Below, one piece after another: positions 11,101 to 21,471 of a stretch of 64,000 bases of DNA. Both the position numbers and the translations under genes were made by a program. This DNA comes from Scyliorhinus canicula (lineage: Eukaryota). The notes beneath the pieces were generated by a model that had not been told where the DNA came from, did not search any database, and saw nothing but the letters and a program-made list of their open reading frames with translations. The stretch covers positions 80,889,072-80,953,071 of the forward strand of contig NC_052154.1 of NCBI RefSeq assembly GCF_902713615.1, given 5' to 3'. Each line of letters opens with the position of its first letter. Position 1 is the first letter of the stretch.

Positions 11101-14100
11101 ATTAACAACTAAATTAAAATGAGCACTTCTACTGCTGCGGTGAGCAACTGAGCACGTTCTTTGTTTAGTTGTAGAAACTTGTGTCCTTATTTCACAACAC
11201 TTGCCAATATTACAAAACATAGGAGGGACTTTCGCTCATCGTTTCCTCATCGTTTTCACTGCGCTTTGGAACGTGTCATGATTAATTACCTAGAAATATA
11301 TAGAAACCACAGGTAATATACTTATTGATGTGGCAATGTTAAGTACAGAAATGTGTGTGCCTGTTATAACTGATATTTCGTTCTGTTGGTATTTACTACA
11401 ATACACTATCACAGATAGGGTAAAACTCGAGGCAGTTTAAGCACCTTACACGTGTAATGTCAGCTCACAAAAACAACATTTGGATGTGCTGCATGTAATT
11501 TTTACATCCAAGTATTATAGCTGAATGTTGTTCAAGATATCAATGCCACTTTTCTTCTTTCTTTATGCAGCTTCACCAGCATCTGAACATGTAACAGATG
11601 ATTATCAAAACAAAATTTGAATGCAGCATTAGAAAGAGAAAAAGACTGTTGTGAAATAGGTTGTGGTAAACAATTTCCAATTTCATAAGATTTAAATAAA
11701 ATGGAATCCACTTCTTTGATAAATTGAAAACAAAAGCGTTTATTACTCTTTTGTACTTAACTGAGTAATGAAAATTAATTCCATTGGATGATTACAATAT
11801 TGAGTCAGTTTCCATGCCTGTCCTTTAAAAAATCTACGTCAGTGGGAGTCATTCAAGAATCAAATAGAGAAAGTACAGGGCCAATATGTTCCTGTAAAGG
11901 TAAAGGATGGGAACAAAACGGCCGGAGTACCCTGGATGTCAAGGGATATACAGGATTGCATAAGGAAACAAAAGGGTGGCTTATAACAGATACAGGGTGA
12001 TCAAACCAATGGATGCACTGAAGGAGTATGGGAAGTGGAGGGGGAAACTTAAAGGAATTAGGATAGCAAAGAGCGGGGCATGAAAGAACACTGGCAGACA
12101 AAATACAAGAAAATCTCAAGGTGGTTTGTAAGCATTCAATCAAGGCGTTCAAAAGGCAAACATGTGGACAGGATTGTATAGTGGGATACAGCACAACAAA
12201 GAGCTGAGGGTTTTGGCAAAGGTTGGTATCACGGCCGATACAGGCTTGGGGGGGGGGGGGGGGGGCGGGTGTCGAAGAGCCTGTTCCCATGCTGTATTGT
12301 TCTTTGTTCTTTGTTTCTTGTTCTATATGAAGGGCAAGCTGGTAACAGGGCAAGGGAAGGGTTCATTAGGGACCCAAAGTGGCAATATATATGTGTAGCC
12401 GAAAGAGGTAGGTGAGGTATTATATAGTATATTGCATCTGTGTTCATTATGGTAAAGGATGATATTGGTATTAAAAGCATGAGAGGGATTGCGATATAAT
12501 TGACTAGATTAGCTTTGGAAGGGAGGAGGTGGTAGTGGTTTTAGCGTGCCAAAAAGTGGACAGATCCCCAGGCCCAGATAAGATGTATCCTAAGCTGCTT
12601 TGTGAGGCAAGGGAGGAGATTTCAGGGTCTCTGAGGCTAATTTCCATATGCTCTCTGGCCTCAAGAGAGGTGCAAGAGGATTGGAGGGCAGCTAATGTGG
12701 TACCATTATTCAAGAAGGGAATTAGGGGAAAAACTAGAGAAATACAGGCCATTAAGTTGAACTTTAGTGGTAGGGAAAGTAGTGGAAAAATGACAGATAG
12801 ACAGCATTAATTATCACTTGGAGAGGCAAGGTTTAAAAAAGGTTAGTCGGCATGGCTTTGCCGGGGAACATGTCTGACACATCTGATGGTTGATGTACTC
12901 CATAAGGAGTCAGCAAGGCTTGTAAGATCTGCGGGAGGGGCGTTTTTTTTTGGGGGGAGGGCGGTGGACTGATCAAGAAAGTAAGAGCTGATGGGATCCA
13001 GAGAAATTATGAAGACTGGATCCAAAATTGGCTTTGTGGCCGGAGCCTGATAGCGATGGTCGAAGTGATTGGAAGCCTGTGTCTAGTGGCGCACAGCAGA
13101 TATTGGTGTTGGGTCCCTTGCTCTTTGTGGTGTACAGTAATAATCTAGATGTGAACTTGGGAGGTATGACCAATAACTGCATGGATGACACGAACATTGG
13201 CGGTGCAATAAACAGCGATGAGAAAAGCTTTGGATTACAACACGAGAGAAATGGGCTGGCCAGATGGATAGAGAACTGGCAAATGGAATTTAAACCCGAA
13301 AAGTGTGAGGAATGGGTGGTAGGTGGGGGAGACCCATACAGCTGGTGACACTCTGCAGAACCAGGACAGAAGGCGAAGCCTGACACAACCAAAGAGAGTG
13401 TGTTAGTCTGTTACTCTAGCTTAGTCTGGTATTGTCCCTTGTTGTCCCTGAAGACTTTGCGGAAGTTATACCTAGATTTCCTACATAGGTCAGGGTCACC
13501 TATCTTGAACACCTCAGACCTGATCTTCAGTAGGGAGTGAATCTTCCAGTCAAATCATGGTTTCCAGTTAGGGAATACATGTACTTCCATCTTTGACACG
13601 CAATCTTCTACACACTTACTGATCAGGTCTGTTGCGGTGGTGACGTACTCATTTAGGTTGGCCTCCGAGTTCTTGAATATACACCAGTTCACTGACTCCA
13701 AGCAGTCACATAAGATAACTTCCCATACAATAAGTTTCCTAATGACTTATTTTAGTTTGCATGTAGTCACAGATGCTATTTAATATTCACATCGCTGATT
13801 GTTTTTAATAATGTGGTTGTGAGCTGTATTCACCAACCACTTAAATGTGTGCCCAGCAGCTATTCACATTCTGCTGCTAGTTACCACGTTCCAAAATTTT
13901 GACCCAGTAACGGCCATGGAAGGGTGGTATTTTTCCAAGTCAGGATGATGTGTGACTTCAAGAAGAAACTTGAAGCGTTGATTTTCCCATGGACCTGTTC
14001 TCGTTGCCTATTTAAGTCGAATGAGTTGTGTCAATTTCTTGCAGACTTTCATTCTTCAAAACTGCAATAGTAAAGGACTAACCTTCTTAACCTCTACGTG

Positions 14101-16819
14101 CAAACTAAAACAAGTCATTAGGACACTTACTGTATGGGAAGTTAACTTATGTGACTGCTTGGAGTCAGTGAAATGATGTATATTCAAGAGCTCGGAGGCC
14201 AAGCTAAATGAGTATGTCACCACCACAACAGACCTCATCAGTAAGTGTGCAGAAGATTGCGTGCCAAAGACGGTAGTACATGCATTCCCTACTTAAACTC
14301 TCCTGATAAGAAAACCCTTCCATTCTGGGATCAACCGAGAGAACCTTCTATGGACTGCCTCCAGTGCCAGTGCCAGTGAGGTTTGCCGAAGAGCAGTGGG
14401 AGAGAGGCCATCTCTGGAGTGAGGCCACAGGGAGAGTGAGTTTTAAATGTGGGAATTTGAAGCAGAGTGGGGATTTGGTGATCAGGAAGAGATGCTCCTT
14501 GCTTTCTCTCCTTGATTTGTAACTTTTAAATCTTCAGGCAGTGGTCTTGCCCTGCTGCAGCAGGGACTGCAAGGTAATGGGCGAGATCGGTAAGTCTTTA
14601 CAACTTTCATCAATTATAGTTTGAAATAGGTTTTGTGGTTGGTAATCTGTAATGGCTATAATTGCTACTGACGAAAACCAGCAAAGACGGGTCATAGATA
14701 ATTGGATTTAATCTGATATCAAACATCTTCCAAAGCGTTCATTTAAAAGGGTAAGTCACGGCAGGGGGACTCAACACCTTTGTTTGCTCCATGAGGGAGA
14801 CTGAGAACATTTACAGTGCCTGGGGCCAGCGTGTGTGCAGGAAGTGTCTCCAGCTATAACTGCTGGAAGCCTGAGTTGCGGAGCTGAAGCGGCGGCTGGA
14901 GACACCGTGGAGCACCCGTGAGGTGGAGAGTATCGCGGATAACACCTACAGAGAGGTGGTCACACCACAGGCTCAGACTCCACAGGCAGGAAAGGAATGG
15001 ATTATCACCAGGCAGTGCAGGAGAGCTAGGCAGTCAGTGCCGGAATCTCCTATCGCAATTCCCCTGGAAGAGAAATATATTGTTTTGGATACTGTTGAGG
15101 GGAATGAGCTCCCAAGTGAAAGCAACAACTTCTAAATTCGTTGCACCACGGTTGGGTCTGCTGCAGAGAGAAGGAGTAAAAAGTGTGGTAATGCAATAGT
15201 TATAGGGGATTTGATTGGAAGGGGAACAGATAGTGGGTTTCTATGGCCGCAAATGACACTCCAGAAGGTATGGTGCCTCCCTGGTGGTCGGGTTAAAGAT
15301 ATCTTGGAGCGGTTACAGGACAGTCTGGATGGGGAGAGTGGACAGCCAGCGGTCATGGTCGCATCGACACCAACAACATAGGGAAAAAAAATGAATGAGG
15401 TCCTGAAAACAGAATACAGGGTGTGAGGAAGAAAATTGAGAAGTCAGACCTTCAAAGTAGTAATCCCAGGATTACTACCAGTGCTAGGTGCTAGTCAGCG
15501 TTGAAATAGTAGGATATTTCAGATGAATATGTGGTTGAAGAAATGGTGTGTGTGTGGGGGTGGGGGGGTGGGGGGAGATTTCAGATTCCTGGGTCTTTGG
15601 AACTGGTTCTGGGGAAGGTGGGACCTCCTCTGCAAACTGGGCAGGACCGGGACTTATACCCTTGGGGACAGGGCGTGGGCTGGTACTTGCTGGAGCGATT
15701 GAAGAGTATTAAATGAACATGGCAGGGGAAGATAACTTCTGTAATGATTTAGAGCAGGGACAATCAAGAACAAAAGAAAAGACAGAAATGAGAATAAGAA
15801 AAGTGATTGGCAGAGAAGTCAAAGGCCTGTATCAGATAATGACACTGTAAAAGAATTGGAGGGACGGTACAAGGAATTGTAAAATTACTAGCCTTAAGGT
15901 TTTGTACCTGAACGCATGGAGTATTCAAAATAAAATGGATGAGTTACTTGTGCAGATCAATTTCAAGGGATATCATATCGTTAGAATAACGGAGAGATCT
16001 CTCGTGACCAAGGATGGGAAGATTGAGGACTACAGTTTTTAGGAGATCAGGCAGAAAAGAAAAGCTGGAGGAGGAGTTACATTGTTGATTAAAGAAGATA
16101 TGGATACAATATTGAGGGAAGATATTGTGATGTTCTCTGTTGGGTCTATCAGGATGCTTTGAGAACGTAGTGCTAACAAAGAACGTCAATCTGAGTTATT
16201 GAACAAAGCTGATTTATTTACATCACTAAATTAAAGATTCTAGCTCGTCAACAAGCAATAAGTTCGGAAATAAAACAATACAAAATCTCTTCCAACAGAA
16301 CTCGATGCTATGCACCTAATCTCTCTACCGCCTTACAACCTTCTCCCAGCATCCCGGGAGTCACATGATATTGATACGGTTGCTCCTTTTCTACATCTGG
16401 TGGTGAGAAGTATTATTATCTTATTGTTAACACTTTGCATTCCTTACAATACACATTTTATTACAATATTTGTAGAGATGATGTGGAATCTGTCTGGATC
16501 GAGTTAAGAAACATCAAGTGGCAAACAACATTCGCAGGGGTGGTGTACCAACCACGAGAACGCAGTGGTAATGTTGGGAAAAGCATAGATAGGAAATCAG
16601 AAATGCATGTGATAACAGAACATCTGTGAATATGGGTGACTTCATTCTGCATATAGATTGGGTGACTCAAATTAATCACAGTACAATAAAGGAGGAATTT
16701 CTGCACTGTATACGGGATTTACTGGACCAGTATGTTGAGGAACCAAAAAGGGAACAGGCCATCTTGGACTGTGTGTTGTGCAATCAGAACGGATTAGTTA
16801 GCAACCTATTTCTGAAAGA

Positions 16820-17145
16820 AACATAGAATATAGAACATACTGTGTAGAAGGAGGCCATTTGGCACGTCGAGTCTGAACCGATCCACTTAAGCCCTCACTT
16901 CCACCCTATCTCTGTAACCCAATAACCCCTCCTAACATTTTTTTGATCACTAAGGGATATTTATCATGGCCAATCCACCTAACCTGCACGTATTTGGACT
17001 GTGGGAGGAAGCCGGAGCACCCAGAGGAAACCCACGCAGACACGGGGAGAATGTACAGGCTCCGCACAGACAGTGACCTAGCAGGGAATCGAACCTGTGA
17101 CCTTGTGAAGCCACAGTGCTATCCACTTGTGCTGCCATGCTGCTC
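16820..17145 (-). mobile_element. V-SINE with CR1-type tail, inserted into a CR1 endonuclease remnant
   Basis: tagaacatac tail, gaggccatttggc, core domain and tRNA head. The CR1 frame resumes after 17145. Confidence 0.8.
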
Positions 17146-17384
17146 GAAACCTTGGGTATGAGTGACGATTGTATGGTAGAATTCGTTATCAAGGTGAAAA
17201 GTGAGGTTGTTGATTCTGAGACTAGGGTCCCGAACCTCAATAAATACATAGAAACATTGATAACAGGTGCAGGAGAAGGCCATTAAGCCCTTGGAGCCTT
17301 CACCACCATTCAATATGATCATGGTTGATCATGCAAATTCAGTATTCCACTCCCGCTTGCTTTTCATACCCATTGATAGCATTG

Positions 17385-17995
17385 TCAGAGACCCCTCACC
17401 CCGCTTTGCCCTCTTCCAGACCCTTCCATCAGGCAGAAGATGCAGAGGTCTGGAGACCCGCACATCCAGACATAGGAACAGCTTCTTCCCCACCTCGCTA
17501 CGAGACTCCGCAATGACTCTCCCTCGGACTGATCTGTTTCCTGTAAGAACACTATTCACGGCACCCTATGCTGCTCTTGCTCATGTATTTGCTTTGTTTG
17601 GCCCTTGTTCTGCACTGTAACCAATCATTGTTTTAAAAAAAAATACATTTAGGGTACCAAATTCATTTTTTCCAATTAAGGGGCACTTTAGCATCGCCAA
17701 TCCACCTACCCTGCACATTTTCTGGTTGTGGTGGCGAACCCCAAGCAGACACAGGGAGAATGTGCAAACTCCACACGGACAGTGACCCAGAGCCAGGATC
17801 GAACCTGGGACTTCGGTGCCGTGAGGCAGCAATGCTAACCACTGCACCACCATGCTGTCCTCGATCACTATTTGTTGATATACCATTTGTCAATGTACTC
17901 TGTCGATTATTCTTTTATCTACTCTGTACGTACTGTGTACGTTTCCTTGGCTGCAGAAAAATACTTTTCACTGTACTTAGGTACATGTGACAATA
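17385..17995 (+). mobile_element. Rex1/Babar-type LINE 3' end interrupted by a minus-strand V-SINE (about 17636-17860)
   Basis: PSPRFALFQTLPSGRRCRGLETRTSRHRNSFFP C-terminus and 3'UTR aatacttttcactgtac...gtgacaata. Homologous ends at 46890-47420 and 55930-56435. Confidence 0.7.
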
Positions 17996-18452
17996 ATGTC
18001 AATTAACCCATCAATTGGTTGAGCCGCAAGGGCCACATCCGGCTCCCTCTTGAACAACAAACTGGCCCCAACAGCTTTCTGTGGCAGAGAATTCCACAAG
18101 TTCACAAGTTTTTGAGAAACGATGTTCTTCCTCATCTCAGCCCTGAATGTCTCACCTCTTATTCTAAGGCTGTGACCCCCTAGTTCTTTTCCATCATCGG
18201 GGATCTTCTTGCAGCATCTGGCCTATCCAGTTCCACCAGGATCTTATATGTTAACATGAGATCCCCTCTCATTCTTTTAAACTCCAATGAATACAAGCCC
18301 AGTCGCTCGGGTTTTTCTCTATATGTCAGTCCTGCATTCCTGGCAATTAGTCTGGTGAACTGGTGGACTGATAGAAATGAGGCTATGACAGGTGAGGACC
18401 TTGAGAGGATTGTTATAACTAAGGAGGTAGTGATGGGCAAGCTAATGGGGCT

Positions 18453-19404
18453 TGTAGCCATGCTGGCCACGCAAAATGGACACTGAGCCAAACTAAAATG
18501 GAAGGCTGCTGGGAAACAGACAGTTCAGCCAGAACAGCAGTCTGCAAAGAGCAGTTTGCATTCTGCAGCAGCAGAAACCAGTTTGGGCTCAGGTAAAGAG
18601 ACCTTAGCTAGGTGCAAATGGCAAAACGCTTTGCATGCTAATGAGGCCATCAGACTTGAACACCCACACAATAGATACATTTGGTTCTGAATGGACACAT
18701 TCCAATCAAGACCCAGACATCGAGGCACCAGAAACCTCCGAACAAAAGGACATAAGAAACGCCCCCTCCATCACGGAGACCCCCTCGCATTGGGGAATTA
18801 ATCCAGTATCGATAAGAAATTGATCCAATAGGTAGAGCCCGCCCGAGAAGAGGGAAGGACAACGGAACCCCTATAAAAGATAGGGACCTCGTGTTGTCCG
18901 GTCTGTTAAACCTGTGCTCCGGCCTCGACTGACACCTGGTATCCTGACTCCAGCCGTTGAGCACCAGCCGCCGAAACCGTAAGTTCAACGCTCGCTACGC
19001 GATCCAAGCCCGCTAGACTCCCAAGTGCCAGAACGCTTGCTGAAGGCTGCAGACAAAACCAGGACGAAGGCCTCGTTCTCTGACCTTGCCTGTTCCTGTT
19101 AGATAAGTATTCTGTTTGCTTATGTTTAGTTGTAGCTTAGTCTCTTAGTGTGTGTGCATGAGTATTTATTATTAACTGTATAATAAATATTGATCGTTTG
19201 AACTTGACTAATCGGTGTATCGTCTTTATTACTTTGAATTTGACCTTGGAATACTTGTGACGTTGCCTATACGGCAGCTGGCGACTCCAGAGCTTAAATA
19301 ATTACATAGAACAGAGCCTAGCAGTGTTAAGCACACGTCGAACTCGGAGGCGTGTTAATACACTCCAATAAACGCGTTTTACGCCCATAGTAAAACGTGC
19401 AACA
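18453..19404 (+). repeat. 5' LTR (952 bp)
   Basis: tgtagcca...gtgcaaca. TATAAAA at 18872-18878, AATAAA at 19182 and 19367. Constant 8,856-bp offset to the 3' LTR; no difference seen by eye. Confidence 0.97.
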
Positions 19405-19409
19405 TTTAG

Positions 19410-19427
19410 TGGCGACTCTGATGGGAT
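19410..19427 (+). promoter_or_regulatory. Primer-binding site, tRNA-Ser(GCU)-like
   Basis: TGGCGACTCTGATGGGAT, 5 nt after the LTR. It matches 15/18 to the complement of the vertebrate tRNA-Ser(GCU) 3' end as I recall it (TGGCGACGAGGATGGGAT). Confidence 0.7.
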
Positions 19428-19723
19428 CCTGTTGTAAGTGGAAACACCACAGTGTTCAGGACCCTGAAATTTGAATTAGAACTCCAAATTGCAGAGAAAG
19501 AAAGAGATCACAAGTATTCAAGGTGTTCAAAATAATAAGCGAAATTCGGAAGTGTGTTTTAGTGCATGCGTACTAACAGGGCTGTAAGGTAAAACTGAAA
19601 GCTTTTTGTTGCGACAAACTTTCGGTAGTTTTGTAATCGGAAAATAGCGTAAGCCGTACCCTTTTCACGAAACACCACCCCAGCAACCCCCTGTTCCAAA
19701 TTATAAAAAGAGAGTCAGAGGAA

Positions 19724-21471
19724 ATGGCCATGCAGGCAATGGAACGTCTGATGGATCCAGCAAAGTTTGTGGTCGCAGCGACCAGCAGCAGTAGCAGAGT
19801 AGGCCAGTGTCCCACGTGGGAGCTGGAACTCCGCAAATATCTGCAGGGAAAGGGATGGCCCCTTTGGAAAGAGTTTTGTGCAAATGAGGAGACAGGTCCC
19901 GGAAGTATAGGTCATACTTGGTGGGAGAACCTCTCTCAGATACACAAAAAGAGTTTAAGTAAAGCACGCAAGCCGATGGCGATTGTGTCCTGCTTGGCAC
20001 AGTTGCGAGGCGCAGAGGAGGTCATCAGGACGCTCCGGGCAGATTTAGAGGAAAGGAACCGAATGAGTAAGGTCGATGTCAGGGACATCGAGAAAGAAAA
20101 CCTGGATCTTAAAGGGAAGTTGGCAGAGAAGGGTAGAGAGGTGGATGATGCCCAGAGGGCTCACCAGTCTTGTCTAGCTCATCTGAACAGTTCCCAGACC
20201 CAGTATGAGAAAGCCTATCAGGACGTGCAACGTGCCGTTCTGATAAGACAGGAATCGGAGAAGCAGGTGGAGGCATTGCAGAGGCAATGCTCCGATCTCA
20301 AAGCAGCTTTGAGAGCACTCCACGCTGCAACGACCGAACAAAGACAAAGCACAGTTGACCACGCGAAATGCAGAAAACAGATTGCGGAACTGCAATCTCT
20401 GCTTTCGGTGCAGAATGGCTTCCAAAGCACCTTTGGAGCTCAGTTAGATGGGGAAAACGCCCCAGATTGGCAGGAATTAAGCGAGACAGCGCAGCGTTAT
20501 GTTCAGGGAACATGTGCGCCCGCAGCTCAGCAGAAACGACAGGCACCCCAACCCCCCACAGCTCAGATCATAACCGCACCCATGAATCCCGTAACCACAC
20601 AGAGGAAAGCCGAATCAGAAGGCGCCCAGACATAACTTACACCACCCCTTTAACAGTAACCCAGCTAAGGGACGCTTGTGAAAAGATCACTCCGTTCCTC
20701 CCCACCGCAGACCCCCACCAGTTCTTTGCTAAGGTAAAGCAGCAGGCTACCATGTACGGCCTGGATGAGAGAGAGCAGGTTAAGCTCACCGTGTTGAGCT
20801 TAGACCAGAGTGTAGTGGCAGCCCTCCCCGACCCACAGAACGTGGCAGGAGGCAGCCTAGAGGAGATGCACACTGCTATTTTAGATGCCATCGGGTACAA
20901 TAGAGGTGACCCCGTAGAAGGCTTGAATAAGTGCAGGCAGAAGAGATCTGAACACCCCACAGCATTCGCCGGAAGGCTGTGGATTCACTTCAGCGCAGTT
21001 TTCGGACAGCTAGATAGAGCGCATTTAACCCGCGAAAACATGGTTAAGTGGACGCGCACAATTATCTCACACGCAACAGAAGCAGGACAGAGCGCTTGCA
21101 ATAATTACGACCCCTCAGAAGAGGCCCATAACGAAAAATGGGTCCTCAAAAGATTGTCCCGCGCTTGGGAGCAATCGCTTCAGGCAAAAGCAAAGGTTAG
21201 ATCCCCAGAAGAGGCTCAGGCTGCTGCAGATATCCAAGCAGTCAGAGAGCACCAGAAGCCCGCATGGGTAAATGAAGGCAAGAGCAGCCCTCAACAGAAA
21301 GGACAGGAATGCTATAACTGTGGACAGTTAGGGCATTGGGCAAAAGAGTGTAATGCACCCCAGCGATCTCAGAGAGGCCAGCAGACAGGCACTCTGAACC
21401 GCAACAAAGCAAAACCCATCCACAATGTAGTAGTACAGTCAGGACCCACCAATGTGGACGAGACGAACTGA
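19724..21471 (+). CDS. gag: Gag (about 582 aa if one C is restored at 20625-20627): N-terminal domain, long coiled coil, capsid, one CCHC knuckle
   Basis: ORFs 19724-20635 and 20368-21471 join as ...ESEGA(P)DITYTT... CYNCGQLGHWAKEC at 21310-21351. Confidence 0.88.

Larger units (their letters stand above)
7292..15532. repeat. Tandem segmental duplication, copy B (unit about 8,241 bp)
   Basis: Second copy. Its CR1 ORF1 continues normally past 15532 (MNMWLKKWC), whereas copy A is cut at the same point. Confidence 0.93.

Noticed and set aside
18525-18988. Short ORFs inside the LTRs (repeated at 27381-27844)
   Set aside because: They recur only because the LTRs are identical; no protein features.
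20600-20640. Programmed -1 frameshift within gag (and within integrase at 24506)
   Set aside because: No X-XXY-YYZ slippery heptamer at either site. A single-base homopolymer loss explains both.
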